A stretch of 63,092 nucleotides of DNA, counting the filler, from Sphacelaria rigidula (taxonomy: Eukaryota): assembly GCA_964200075.2 (NCBI GenBank). It is 11 parts of 11 records of this genome, joined end to end, with 100 filler letters (N's around TTAATTAATTAA, not from the genome) between each part and the next. Parts side by side here need not be neighbours in the genome. Positions count along the whole stretch, not along the records: positions 22,981 to 28,625 come from CAXNAA020025606.1; positions 28,726 to 34,370 come from CAXNAA020025607.1; positions 34,471 to 40,115 come from CAXNAA020025608.1; 8 more parts are not named here. The stretch is one strand, 5' to 3'. The position numbers were made by a program, and so were the translations under genes. The notes below the pieces were generated by a model. The model did no database searches and was not told the origin of the DNA. It saw only the letters and a program-made list of their open reading frames with translations. Below are positions 25,868-38,083 of this stretch, in pieces (the stretch's first letter is position 1; every line of letters starts with the position of its first letter).

Positions 25868-28600
25868 GTAACGGCTCCCCTGACAAAAAACACTACTTGA
25901 AATAAGCAAGTGCATGGCGTGTTCCGAAACGTGTGCGGCGTGTTGGATCAGAGCGACGCACATAAGAGGATTGGTATCTGGTTCAACGCTGGGGTTGTTA
26001 CTCTTCCATAAACAGTGTTGAGCCACGGATCTCATTCCTGAAAAATCCATGAGACAACTCGTAACGGCTCATCCGACAAAAAACAATATTTGAAATGAGC
26101 AAGTGGATGACTTGTTCCGGAACGTGTGCGGTGTGTTGCACCAGGGCTGCGCACGTGGGAGGGTTGGTATCTGGTTTAATGCTGGGGTGGTGGCTCTTCC
26201 ATAAAGGGGGACATGAGACTCGGAACATGCTACGGGAGCCCCTTCGCAGGAGGGCATACCGCAAGCAGGGAACGAGTGAGTCGCACCAGTGGTTTTGGAA
26301 GTTGTTCAGCCGTCTCAACGCTCATCGCGCGTATCCATATGGACGACTAAGTTTGGCGTGATACTTCGAACAGGTTGGAGGCAGACATCACCAACCATTT
26401 AACGTGACACGACGCGACACGTAACGAGTGTAACATATGGACCCTTGCTTTTCTATTAACCGTGGGTACGTCTATCTTGCGACCACATACAGATCCCTGG
26501 GGGATACGTTAATGTGTGACAATGAGGTTCATCAACCTACGCTGGAGCGTATACTTGTTGGGGACCCAAAAGTGTCCCCAACTGTACCTCATAGTGTCGA
26601 TTGTTCTGTGAAAATTGCTGGGCCTTGCTCCAATACCTTCGGTATAGCCGAAGAAGTCCTTCGTAATTAGTACTTAACTTGGTAGTTGGTACCGGGACTT
26701 ACAGTTCTCATACAGACCCTAGCAGGTGCGGCCGTGTGTGTCTGCATGGGTTTGAGATATCGTGCGATGTTTGTTTTCACATCCCATTCCTACTACAAAA
26801 TCAGCATGAGCCCGTCTTGAATCCATCTTCGTATCCAGGAGGCCCTAGGTGTCAGAATTTCGCCCTAGTGGGGGTCGACGCGTGATCTTGTCGGCACCGC
26901 ACACCAATCGGGGTGTTTGGAGATCGACCCTAGACGCTGTGACCCCTCCGATGCCTGGCTAGTCCTTCCCTTGGAGGGTGAGCATGTCGCCCGCCCTTCG
27001 GCGCGATGAAATAGAGCGCATGATGGTCCGGAAGGACATTCGGAAGCTCTGTCAGATAGTTAGCCATCGGGAGGTCCACAGCACATCGCACGATCCATAG
27101 CAACACACTTGATGTGCGAGAGGCAGGGCCAGTTTTAACCACGAGCCATGCACGCCTAGGTGCAAATCAGGATTGGTATGCGCAAAGAAGTTCAAGCTAC
27201 ACACGAAACAAAACGGTTGAGGTTCTCAACAACAAATGGGGCTGTGACGAGCGTAGAGTGGCCGCATCGCGTGGATCGGGTGACCGGTCGTTGAAATGGC
27301 ACTTGCGACTTGACGAAGGGCTCTGTCCCCTCGCTGGATGTTGAGAATCGTCCGCTGTCGTTTGTTCCTGTGGAGACATCAATTGGATTCGCAGAATTCT
27401 TGGTGCAGGAGGCGAGCATGTAGTGACTATTGACTGAATCTCTTGTTGGGGGATTTTCGGGTCTCGGTACAAGTGTGCGCTTAGCAGGGATGTATGTAGG
27501 ATTTGATCAGCTCCGTTCAAAGCTGTTGCTGAATATTCTCAATGCGTATGCGTTTGTTGAATTCTAAAATACTTTCCACCCCGATGAATACTTCGCCCCT
27601 CCTTGTCTGGTGTGCTGCTACGTGCTTCGCAAGTCTGCATGTGGGTACTGGTGCTCATCATGGTGGTTCTGGCCTACATGACTTTTTACGTGACGCAGTG
27701 CCACATCCCGGTGCCTGGTCGAATGCCCCAGCCCCGCTCTCGAAGAATCCGCCCTCACAAGACTGGTTGAGCACGCGAGTCCTGCATCACGTGCAACCAT
27801 TGGTTTTGTTTCATTTCGATGTCGTTTCGATGTTGTTGGAGTTGGATATAGGGCCCTATGGTGGGCAAAAGCTTTCCGTGTACATTTCGCGTCCTTCGTT
27901 GTACATTAAGTGAGTTGTGTATTCGTTATCCCCCTTCTCCCTTCTCGTGCACTTGATGTGCAGAAAGTGCGTGGTTGGTAATTCAATGTCTCTTCATTAA
28001 GTTTTTGGTGGTGCTTGGAGGGGCAGGGCCGGAGAGGGGAGGATGCATTGCTGTTGACTGCCTTCTTGTTGATTGTGGTACTCATGAGCATATGATGTCT
28101 AGTTGTCAAAATTGGCGTTCTGGGCTGGCTCTTTTTTCTTTCGCATCGGAGTTTACACCTGCTGGATGTGACTGAGCACAGTGTGCGAGTGCGAGCATGC
28201 TGTGGTATTGATTCGATCATCGCTGGTGCTGTACGGTATAATCCTGTGTAAGTCCTGGTGGAGTTGTGCGATGCCGCGCATCGTGTCTGCCCTCGCCAGG
28301 CAACGTACCTTTCTTGACGCACAGCAGGAGTCCTCCTGACATGTCGACGTGTCTCTGAGACGGTAACTGTTTCTACTTTCGTCTATGTGTCTAGTCAGCA
28401 TGTTTCAGCCAGGATGATTTTCTCGAGGGTTCGATGGCTGATAGTACGTGCAAGATGAAACGCATCATGTTTTACTTGAACGTCTTTAACCCTTGAACGA
28501 CGAGCGTCGCCTCGGAACAGTTGTACAGGCTGACAGTTCCGAGACATCCGGGGGTTTCCAGAGCTCGGGGGGGGTGGTTTTTGAGGGGGGGGGGGGGGTC
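25868..28600 (-). mobile_element. Possible highly decayed retroelement downstream of the last rhomboid exon found
   Basis: About 2.7 kb with no exon structure. An RNase-H-like HVKSHVG peptide on the minus strand (27672-27692) and a 193-bp-period duplication (25868-26012 and 26061-26205). No RT motif seen. Confidence 0.3.
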
Positions 28601-29361
28601 TGTACGCAGAGCACCGGAGAAGCTCNNNNNNNNNNNNNNNNNNNNNNNNNNNNNNNNNNNNNNNNNNNNTTAATTAATTAANNNNNNNNNNNNNNNNNNN
28701 NNNNNNNNNNNNNNNNNNNNNNNNNGGCCATTTTTCGTACCTTTCTTGGGCAAAAAACGAGAAGGTATACCTTTTCTAGTCCATTGCTCTTTTTTTTTTT
28801 CTCAACCATGATGGTGGTTGATCTAGATCATATTTTGAGGGGTGGAGAACCCCAACTCCGCACAAAGGAGATTATCGTACTTACACATGGTGAGATACCT
28901 ATGAGGCAGCGTAACCCGTGACTGTCTCTGGAAGTGGCGATTCCAAAAAATGAAGCAACTCATCGAGGCTGCCATCCATATGCAAGATAATCAGTACTCT
29001 CAGGCCGAACTTTCTCAGCAGGATGCAACTCACCCGTCATGCGACGCGTCGAGCACATCACGACGCACGGCGCTTGGTGACTGCGAGCTTGGTCCGTCGA
29101 AAATCGGGCGTGCTCCGTCCTGGCGTTGTGTAAGGATGCGAGGTTAATGGTCTTATGACTACGGCATGTAAGGTCAGGAGTGCACCGCCCTCCCCCCACA
29201 CCCACACGCCCGCCCCCCACACCCCTCCATCTTCGCCCCTCTCCACCGCCCACCTCATGATACTCTCGCGAATAATCAACGATTTGTCTCACCTACACCT
29301 CCTCCACCCCAACTGTACCCTCCTTCCCCGCCGTCAACCATCCTATTAACCGCGCAGTGAT

Positions 29362-32300
29362 ATGTCTATCTCAGGATCCGGTTTCGCCCCCCGTTCATTG
29401 GAGGCGACTGGGGGCGAGAGCGAAGCGAGCTCAGTGACGGGGTCACCTCCGACCGACGGATCCTACTTGGGCAACAACGACGAGTCTCCCCGTACCTTCA
29501 TGCAGAGCAGCGGTAATCCCACGACGGGGTGGCAGCAGCCTCCACGCCTACAGCCACCGCCACCGCCGCAGCACCAGCATCCGCATAGCTGGGCGACCGC
29601 ACGTGCTCGTGGGGAGCATCATCTGCCGCAACAATCCGACGCGAGGTTCGTAACGTCCCCCCAGCAGCAACAACAGCAGATCATGCAACCACACACCAGA
29701 TGGTCGTTGCAACAGCAGCAACAGCAGCAGCAGTACTTTGCATTCAATTCCACGACCGAGCGCCAGCCTCACCGCCAGCGTCATGTACCGCCGCGCGCCG
29801 ACGCCGAACCCCCCGACAAACGGTTGGTCGGCGCCGGCGCCGGTGGCGGTGGCGGTGGCGGTGGCGGTGGAGTATTCAGCAAGTTGTTCCACCCGAAAAA
29901 AAAAGAACTGCAACAACATCAACAACAACGTGACCCACCCGCCAGCGGCATCTCCGCCGCCCGCACTACTACCGCCGGGGCTCGCCTCACCGGCGCGCCA
30001 ACGTCACCGCCAGAGTCTCAGCAGCTCACGATGTCCCTCGGGGATTCGCCCGCGGCCTCCCTACTCAAGCCCAGGCCAGGGAGGTCAAGAGCAGTGGACA
30101 TGCCCTCCTCCGCTAACGTGAGAGTGGGTGCAGAGGCGGGAGCCGGTGGCACTCGGACGAATGCCGCGGCGGCCGCCGCAGCCACCGCTTATCCTCGACC
30201 GCAAAAACAACACGTGTTGCCGCGGTCAAGCAAGGTGAAGAGCGCGCCGATGAGTATAAGGAGGGATTCTGACGACGGAGAGCTGATGAACCGCGCGCGT
30301 GCGAAGGCTGCCGCCAAGGAAGGGCAGGCGTTGGCGGCGGCTGGTGCAGGTGGTGGTGGTGGTGGTAGCGGCGGCGGCAGTGGCAGTGGCGGGGGTCGAA
30401 CGGGCACCGGCAGGTATACTGTAGTCATTGGTTAGTCCCTTCGATGTTTGCCAACAGTCGTTCAGTACTCATGCCGATTGAGTTCATGGTTGTTTCCTAA
30501 TGCCGTATGGCGCGTTTGAGCAGTTCACAAAGCGTTGCCAGCTGGCGTCCCTCTCGGCGCGAGGACGCACGAAACCTCTCGGTCAGTATTATTTTGCGTT
30601 CGTATCTTGTTGGGAGTTTACACCTCGCACATACTGCGTGCAAAACATCTGTACTGTATCTGCCGCGGCAGAAAATCATGTGGGATGACTCATGCCCGTT
30701 TGACTCTCGCGCGCACGTTGTGATTATCAGTGCCCGTTGTAAAATATAGGGGAAGTCTGCCATGCTAAGACGGTCGCGGAAGTAACACGTACCCTAGGGA
30801 GCACATTTTGGTCCAATCGTCGGTACGATTATGCCATGAGGGCCGTGACGGTGAAATCGTATAGAATGAAAACTATCGCAGAGGGTGTTTCAACGCAGAC
30901 GGCTTCATCTGCAACGTGCTCTTTTTTTTTCTTTTTTGTCTCCTAGAATATCACTTGATTTCTCATTTCGCGGAACAATAAAAATAGGTGGGTTATTATA
31001 CGGGGATCGGTGAGAAGGCTGCTCGTACAGCTTTCGATCACCATATCTCTCGTGCTGTGAATAGTGATCCCATCTGGGACTGCCGGACCAAGTCTATTGG
31101 ATGACAATTGTTACTCGGTGATCATCCAGTTCCTCTACGTTTTCGGTGCAAACGTAGACCCTGCTGTCAACCTGCTGCGACGAGCTCAACGCGCATGTCG
31201 AGCGATGGAATCGCGGCCTAATATGAGAAAATATGCGACACGTTGCGTGGGTGAAGTGACGACATGTTGGGCTCTACGGTGCACCGCCCTGCATCACACA
31301 AAAAAAATATGCTGAATGTTCGTATAAAGTAGTCGCAGCGAAGACTACTGTAGTTCGGGGATGAGGATTACGTCGATCACATCATTCTCTTTTGTTATAT
31401 TTTGCAAACATGACAAATACAGAGACGCTGTCTGTTTCTTTCTCCTTTTTGGGGGGGAGGGGGGAGAAATGTGATTTCCGCCAGTGGAAGCAAGCCGTAT
31501 CCTTTTAAGAAGCAAATAAATCCCTTCCTTACAACTTCCAGTGGATAGCCAGGAGTTGTTCTCTGAACGATGACAGGAATGCATCATTTCAGCTACTGCT
31601 TCGCGCGGCGAATACGACAGGTATCCCGTGAGTTCCCCACTAGCAGTCCCACAACCGAGCGCCGCGGTGACCAGGAGGACAGGCACGGGCGGCCTCGCCG
31701 CCTCCGGAGAGGGGCAGTATGGCAGTAACTCGACGCCTGCTTTGGTTGGAAGTATAGGCCACGCCCGAAGTGCGTCGGCGGGGTTTCTGAGCTCTAGCGG
31801 CGGCGGCGGCGGCGGCGGAGGAGGAGGAAGCGGGGGGGCGGGGGGGGCGGAGGGCGAAAGCAAGCGGCCCGTGTTTAAGGGTGAAACTGTTCCGAAAATC
31901 CCAGTGGTGCGGACGCCGCGGGTGATGGAGCCTCGATCCTTCAAGGATACCCCTGATGGGATGTCTGGGTGAGTATCTTTCCAATTTGCTGTTTTTTCGG
32001 GGATGTTATTATTGATGTCGTTGTTGTTAGTAGTGAGGTTTTTCCCTTGTGTGTGTTCCTTCGTATCAGGAGTACATTGTCATTTTCTATTTTTCATGTA
32101 TTTATTCACTTATTTGTCGCACTTTGAACCCTCATCCCTGCTCGGGACGAGTCCGTGGTCTAATGGTCTTGAGGGATCAACCCATCTCTCCCCGGTACGC
32201 GCCTTGCATTTCGATCTCGCAGATTGGGTCGGCACTCCCGCACCGCGGCAAGTATCGTCAAACGGACTCACTCGACTACTTTTTGTGTACTCACGTACTC

Positions 32301-32901
32301 GCTTTCGACGGTGGAAATCAGACAATTCGAAGAACAAACCCGACGCATCGGGCATCGAACCCATGTTCTCTTCGCCCTAATTGCGACAGCCGGACCATTT
32401 TAATTTAGACCACCCGAGCGCGGCGGTACAAAAGCGGAATATGGTTGTGGCCTGGATCAGTATTGATGCATTGACGTCACCAATGTGATGTTTCGGTCCA
32501 CGTGAAAAGCGCCCAAAATTTAGTTCAGAACTGTAATTGTCAGCCAATGAGGTGGTTACACGACAAATTGCACAATTCAGCAAAATTGTTTGCTTCATCT
32601 CAATCCAGCGAAATTCTCTTCTCCCTTAAAATTGGACGACGTAATTCGCTCCGTCGAATTCGTGTTCGCGTGATCAAACACCTGACAATTCGCCCTGTGT
32701 GTTTTCACCTGAAACAGGCGGGTAGCGCCGGAAAGCGTGACCTCCGATCGCGAATCGACAGACACTCGGGACGGTCGACGGGCTTCCGGTGGGGGTGAGG
32801 TGTTGGTGAAAGCCGGCAGCTCTGCGGGTGTGATACCGAGCGACTCCAGCTGGGTCGGCAGCGACGAGTTCAACCCCTTTAAGAAGCGGGATGAGAAAGA
32901 G
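29362..32901 (+). CDS. 5' part of a gene for a long low-complexity (Q/G/S/P-rich) protein; exons 29362-30413, 31621-31968, 32718-32901
   Basis: ATG-initiated 350-codon exon, then two phase-2 junctions that stay open (..TG-R-YPVSSPLAV..DGMS-G-RVAPESV..DEFNPFKKRDEKE|gt). No domain recognised. Confidence 0.8.
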
Positions 32902-33194
32902 GTATAGTAGGTAGACGCACACAGCATGCACTCATACGAAGAGCAGTATGGAGTGGATATTGACCCATTTAAGGGGTACATTCACCTCAAGTGTCTGTCG
33001 AGGACGCATCAGATCTTCACATGGTAAACACCAGGAGATGGATCTGTATGTTTGTTGAACAGAAGGTTTCGGGTTCGAATCGTGGCCCGGCCAACGCGGC
33101 AAATAACCAGGGCTTTTTACGTTACGCGTCACAACTTAACGTTACACATATTAAAACTCGTTACACGCGGAGCCCTGTGTAAACTCAAGTCAAA

Positions 33195-33262
33195 TCAAAT
33201 TAAGCCTCGGGCCTGGCTAGTACTACGGTGGGGGACCACGTAGGCCCCCACCGTAGTACTGT
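33195..33262 (+). other. 5S rRNA-like 3' fragment (pseudogene or SINE3-like relic)
   Basis: gcctggctagtactacggtgggggaccacg resembles the eukaryotic 5S internal control region (GCCYGGTTAGTACT..TGGG.GACC). The 5' half of 5S is absent. Confidence 0.5.
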
Positions 33263-34189
33263 TGTTGTTGTTGTGTTGTTGTTGTCTTCACATTAAAAGC
33301 CGTTCCGATATCTGCGCGGTACATTGGTACTGGGCATCTTATGCGGACGCCTTCAGTACTAGCCAGGCTTAACTTGTGACGTGTAACGAACTTTGTGACG
33401 TGTGGCGCAACGAGCCCTGCAAATACCTCCCCCTCGGTGAGGTCAATGGTCGTATGACTATGGCATGCATGATCATGAGTACACCCCCCCCCCCTCTTCT
33501 CGTCGAAGTTTAGCGGGCAACAAAAATGTAATAACCGTGGTGAAAGACCAGAATCGAAAGTTCACGAACGCCAAAAAAAACTTGTGAGATTGTTGGCTTC
33601 GCACGACAACGCAATACATCCATCGGACGTATAAAATAAGGGCGAAACATATCCTCGTCAACAGCCGGTGAAATGGATACACCGCTACAAAGCTCTTCTT
33701 GCCGCAGAGAGACCAAGAGGCTTATGAGGGATGAGGGGGGGCGTACTCATTTGTTGCTGGCCTGAATCGTTTGACCATTGACAACGCACCACTTTCGAGA
33801 AGGAGAGGGGAAGGTGACGTGAATAGTAGTATCCTGTTCAAGCGGTATATTTCCGAAAGAGCCTGCGGAGGGCTCATTTACTTTTCGCAATGAGAAACAT
33901 ACAAGGGGACATTTCTTGCGGAAGCACCGGTTTTTTTAATGTTAGAATCTGGTGTAGGTGCAGTAGCTGTTTCTGAGTCAATCATCCGAGATACGCCTTT
34001 CAAGCTGCGCACTACCACCATGCCTCATGAAAGTTTGGCTACTTGTCTGCTGTACGCATGGCATATGAACTTACTAAGCGATGTCAAAGGTATACTCTCT
34101 GTGTTGAAAGTCCTTGGTCCATGTAGTACACCATGTCTGTGGTGTGCAGATTGGGGCGGGCGATATCTTCCTCGGTGTCGAATCCCCCC

Positions 34190-34370
34190 CCCCTCTCAAA
34201 GAAGAAATAGATACACCAGTCGTCGAAAGGACGAGGAAGAAGATGGAGAGAACTTCCGCTGTGGCAAGGGAATAGAGAGCAGAAGTCGTGTAGTGGCAGA
34301 ATGTGAACTACACAAGGAGGAACGGGACGTGCTAGAGGGGGAAATGCGGGACGTGAACGAAGGTGACATG
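34190..34370 (+). mobile_element. C-terminal fragment of a LINE ORF2 (degenerate zinc knuckle)
   Basis: RRNRYTSRRKDEEED..CGKGIESRSRVVAECELHKEERDVLEGEMRDVNEG resembles the CxxCG..E...H....C..Y...R tail of non-LTR elements. Runs into the spacer. Confidence 0.5.
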
Positions 34371-34521
34371 NNNNNNNNNNNNNNNNNNNNNNNNNNNNNN
34401 NNNNNNNNNNNNNNTTAATTAATTAANNNNNNNNNNNNNNNNNNNNNNNNNNNNNNNNNNNNNNNNNNNNTGGGCTTGAGCCTCATCTCGAAGTTAAACC
34501 TCAATTCGCACAATTTGTTGT

Positions 34522-35990
34522 TATCTGCTGAAGGAGACGCACACGTCGATGAGGATTCTTATGAAGCACTACCACGAGGACAGGAATGCTAGAGCCGCCA
34601 AGGGAGTATCAATGTACGACATCAAGGACATGTTCAAGGGATCGTCGTCGAGTACTCTCGCGGGGGCAGTCGCGGCATCAGTCGTCGGTTCAGACAAGGG
34701 GGGAGCTGCGGCGTCCAAGGAAGAGGTTTCGGCGGAGCCTCCGCCTTCAGCGGCCGCGAAGGAGCTTGCTGCGAGGGAAAAGGCTTTGCTGGAGAGAGAG
34801 AAAGCTTCGGTCGCGAAGGAGCTTGCCGCGAGGGAGGCTTTGCTGCAGAGAGAGAAAGCTTTGGCCGCGAAGGAGCTTGCCGTTAGGGAGGCTTTGCTGG
34901 AGAGAGAGAAAGCTGTTGCTGCAAAGGAGATTGCCGCGAGGGAAAAGGCTTTGGCGGAGGAGGAAGCATCCTTTGCCGCGAAAAAAGCGAAAGACGCGGC
35001 CTCGGGAACACCTCTTCGGGTGAGTTAATGTAAAAAAAGGTAAAAAAATACTTGTTTGTTGCAGTCACCGGTTTCGAGCCCTAACCTTTGAACGTGTTTT
35101 AATCACGTACATCACTACGTTTACAGGCATTCATGGCGGCCTCGGAACCTCCGGCACCTCCGCAGGCTTGGCAGCAGGCACCTCCGGCATTACCCCCGGC
35201 ACCCCCGGCTCTCCACGTACTGCAGGCGCAGCAGGCACTACAGGCGCAGCTGTACGGCACGGGAGCCATGGGGCAGATGGGACTTTCCGGGGCATTCCAA
35301 GGACCCAAGCCGGTGAGCAAGCTTAGGTCTTTAGGTCAGAGTCAAGAGCAGTGAGCATTTTGAAGGGTATAAAATATTGCACGTTTTAAAATAAATTTGA
35401 ACGCGTCCTCTTTTCGTTGTTGAACGCAGGTGCCCTTCCCCAACTTATACAACGGCCTCGGAGGAGCCTACGGCCAAGTTGTCGGCGGGGTATCGTACCC
35501 TCATCTCCCCGTCGGAGGTGGAGGAGTCAGCGCAGCATTCCCGGGCGGAGCACAAGGTTTCCTCGGTGGAGCACAAGGGTTCCCGGGCGGAGCACAGGGA
35601 ATTCCGCCTCGCACAGGGACCAAGGCCGAGGTGATCGACGAGAAAGTCTTGCTCGTAAAGGTGAATGCGTACATCCGCGGGATGTTCGAGTGGTGCAAGA
35701 ACGATCGATCCAAAAAGGCGAAGCAGAAAGCGCGGCAGAATCCCGAGAAAAAGTCGGGGAAGTCGACCCCCGCGTGGGACCATGCGGAACCCGCTTTTCT
35801 GGGTCAAGAAGAGCCGAAGTCTGACATGGAGCTGTACCTCATGAAAAAGAACGTCAGCGAGGAAGTCCCCTTCAACAACCTGGTCAGGCCGCATGTCGAA
35901 AAAGCACACCCGGATTTCTACCAGATCTACAAGACCCCACAAGCTCTCCGAGCGGCTTTGAACAAGTACGACGACGTCTGGAAGTGGTAA
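34522..35990 (+). CDS. Hypothetical protein with coiled-coil repeats; exons <34522-35019, 35127-35312, 35430-35990
   Basis: Two phase-0 GT-AG introns of 107 and 117 bp join three ORFs. Four 18-19 aa repeats (AKELAARE(K)ALLEREKA) and three FPGGAQG-type repeats. The frame is open back to the transposon end at 34523. Confidence 0.8.
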
Positions 35991-36103
35991 AAAGGTGAGT
36001 TCAACCTTGAAGTCAACGCGTAAAGATCCACAGAAACTCTTGAAAATACAATTTATGTAGATTTAAAGAAAAAAAATCACCTCGACCTCCCCTCCCACCC
36101 CCC

Positions 36104-36197
36104 TTAGGGTTAGGGTTAGGGTTAGGTTAGGGTTAGGGTTAGGGTTAGGGTTAGGGTTAGGGTTAGGGTTAGGGTTAGGGTTAGGGTTAGGGTTAGG
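36104..36197 (+). repeat. Interstitial telomeric tract (TTAGGG)n, about 16 units
   Basis: Fourteen TTAGGG plus two TTAGG units, internal to the scaffold, between two plus-strand genes. Confidence 0.97.
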
Positions 36198-36258
36198 TTC
36201 CTCCCCTCCCACCTCCTCTTCCCTCCCGCTTTTTCCCTCCCCTCTTTCCTCTACCACC

Positions 36259-37098
36259 ATGAAAGGAGCCTCGCCCGCGCCGAAGTCTGTGAATTCCGCC
36301 AAAGGGACGATCACCAAGGGAAAGGCGAAGTCCAGTGGGGGAGCCGCTGTCAAGCCTGTCAATGCCAAGGTCGCGACGAAGATGAAGGAAGACCTTGACA
36401 AGGCGATTCGGGGCGACAAACTCATGGTGTTTGAGCTTTTAGAGGAAATGGAGGGCGTCAAGTTTGAGCATGGAGAACTAGAAGAGTTTATGTGGACTTT
36501 CGTATCGAATGACTGCGGCAATGAACATGTTGCGAAGTTTCTTGTAGAGAAAGGCCTTGAACTTTACGAACCCAACTGCAACGAAGAAACTGCTCTTGTT
36601 TGGGCAGTGCAAAACGCAAAGTTTGGTGTAGTTGGCGCACTCCTGACGGCAGGGGCGCTCCCAATTTTAAGGTGGCAGGAGGTTTTTAGCCATGCACTTG
36701 ATCTTGGTGACGATGACGTTGACGACAGCGAGAGAATGGTACACCTTTTGATCGATCTTGGTGCAGACGTCAACGTTGGATCAGCTATTTTTGCAACCGC
36801 TCTGCACCACGCAGCTTTCAATGCGGTAGTGTCCGATGACCTGAGATGTCTGAAACTTTTATTGGAGGCGGGTGCGAAGGAACGCTTGGCTGTAGATGAC
36901 CATGGTGACGACGAAGTAGCGCTCACTCCGACGCGGTACATTCAGAAAAATTTTGGCAATGATGAGGACAACGCGAATGCTGTTGATCGTGCAGTCGACC
37001 TGCTGTATGAATACTCTTCGGCCGGAAAAAGCACGGCCAAGCTACAGGCGAAAGTAGATGCTCTCATGCGCCAAGTACAGCTGCTGGCTGAGAAGTAG
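36259..37098 (+). CDS. Ankyrin-repeat protein, intronless, 279 aa
   Basis: GNEHVAKFLVEKG, ETALVWAVQNAKFGVVGALLTAGA, MVHLLIDLGADVN, TALHHAA..CLKLLLEAGA; K/A-rich N-terminus. Confidence 0.9.
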   Translation: MKGASPAPKSVNSAKGTITKGKAKSSGGAAVKPVNAKVATKMKEDLDKAIRGDKLMVFELLEEMEGVKFEHGELEEFMWTFVSNDCGNEHVAKFLVEKGLELYEPNCNEETALVWAVQNAKFGVVGALLTAGALPILRWQEVFSHALDLGDDDVDDSERMVHLLIDLGADVNVGSAIFATALHHAAFNAVVSDDLRCLKLLLEAGAKERLAVDDHGDDEVALTPTRYIQKNFGNDEDNANAVDRAVDLLYEYSSAGKSTAKLQAKVDALMRQVQLLAEK

Positions 37099-37447
37099 TG
37101 AGCGCCTGTGTCTACATTGACTGGGTTTTAAGTTAGATGTTTTGGTTTCCTTTTATGTTTGCTGAGAGATTTTTTTGATTCGAGCTCGCGGCGCCGTTGT
37201 CAGGCACAGTTTTTGTCGCGGGGTTCAATCTTTTCCTCTCACAAATTAATTCACGAGGTTCATCCCATTCACTGGTCTTTCGGGATTCACGGGTTCACGA
37301 CGGTGACCGGGAATGCGAATACCTCAGATGACGCAAGTTGTGCATGTCGTCCGAAACGAAGCACTATGACGACATTTTGATTTTAAAAATCCGAAAGTAA
37401 AACATTGAGAAAGTCGTTTCTATCAGACGCACTCTCGTCACAACACT

Positions 37448-38083
37448 ATGGAGACCCTTCAAACCCTGTGTTGCTTGAAGTACCTGGGAAGTTGCACCCA
37501 CGGTACTCCGATTCCGTATGCAGACATACCAGGCACCACCCCCCACTGGCTTCGTGCTTGGTCGAAACTATCAAAGACACAGGTCTGTACCGAGGTTGTT
37601 CAAATGGTGAGCGAGTGTATTGAAACTGGCATCTCTACGAGAGTCCAGGTTGACAATATGTTCCGGAGAAGGGTGCACATATTATCAGAAACACTCGGCA
37701 TCAACCACGGTCCGAAGATTCGGAACAAAAGGAAAAAGACAAAGGGAAAAATAAACTATGCGGACATGACAATTTCTTGTCCGCCTGGGTGGTCATGGGA
37801 AGCACCGAATCTCGACAAGACGTCGCGCGAAGGCAAGGGGAAGTATCAGCCGAAGCCGAAGCCAACAAGGGCACTGGACCAAGAGTACCCAAGCGTACGC
37901 GAAATGGTTGAAGAAAGTCTACGCTTGATCAGATTTCGCGAAGAATGGGAAGACAAGAAGGAAAAGATATTGTGGGATGGTATTGGTATGGAGATTAACA
38001 GGTTGCCGAAGGGGATGCGCGCAGAATGCGTCCAACGTCTCATCGCAGATGGCCTACTGGATGAGGGATACGAGCTTTGGTAG
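37448..38083 (+). CDS. Hypothetical protein, intronless, 211 aa
   Basis: ATG-to-TAG ORF of protein-like composition with a basic patch (KIRNKRKKTKGK) in a gene-dense scaffold. No family recognised. Confidence 0.7.
   Translation: METLQTLCCLKYLGSCTHGTPIPYADIPGTTPHWLRAWSKLSKTQVCTEVVQMVSECIETGISTRVQVDNMFRRRVHILSETLGINHGPKIRNKRKKTKGKINYADMTISCPPGWSWEAPNLDKTSREGKGKYQPKPKPTRALDQEYPSVREMVEESLRLIRFREEWEDKKEKILWDGIGMEINRLPKGMRAECVQRLIADGLLDEGYELW

Noticed and set aside
36104..36197. True chromosome end
   Set aside because: Unique coding sequence lies on both sides within one scaffold.
36063..36521. Minus-strand ORF with PNPNPN repeats
   Set aside because: Translation of the telomeric tract, antisense to the ankyrin gene.
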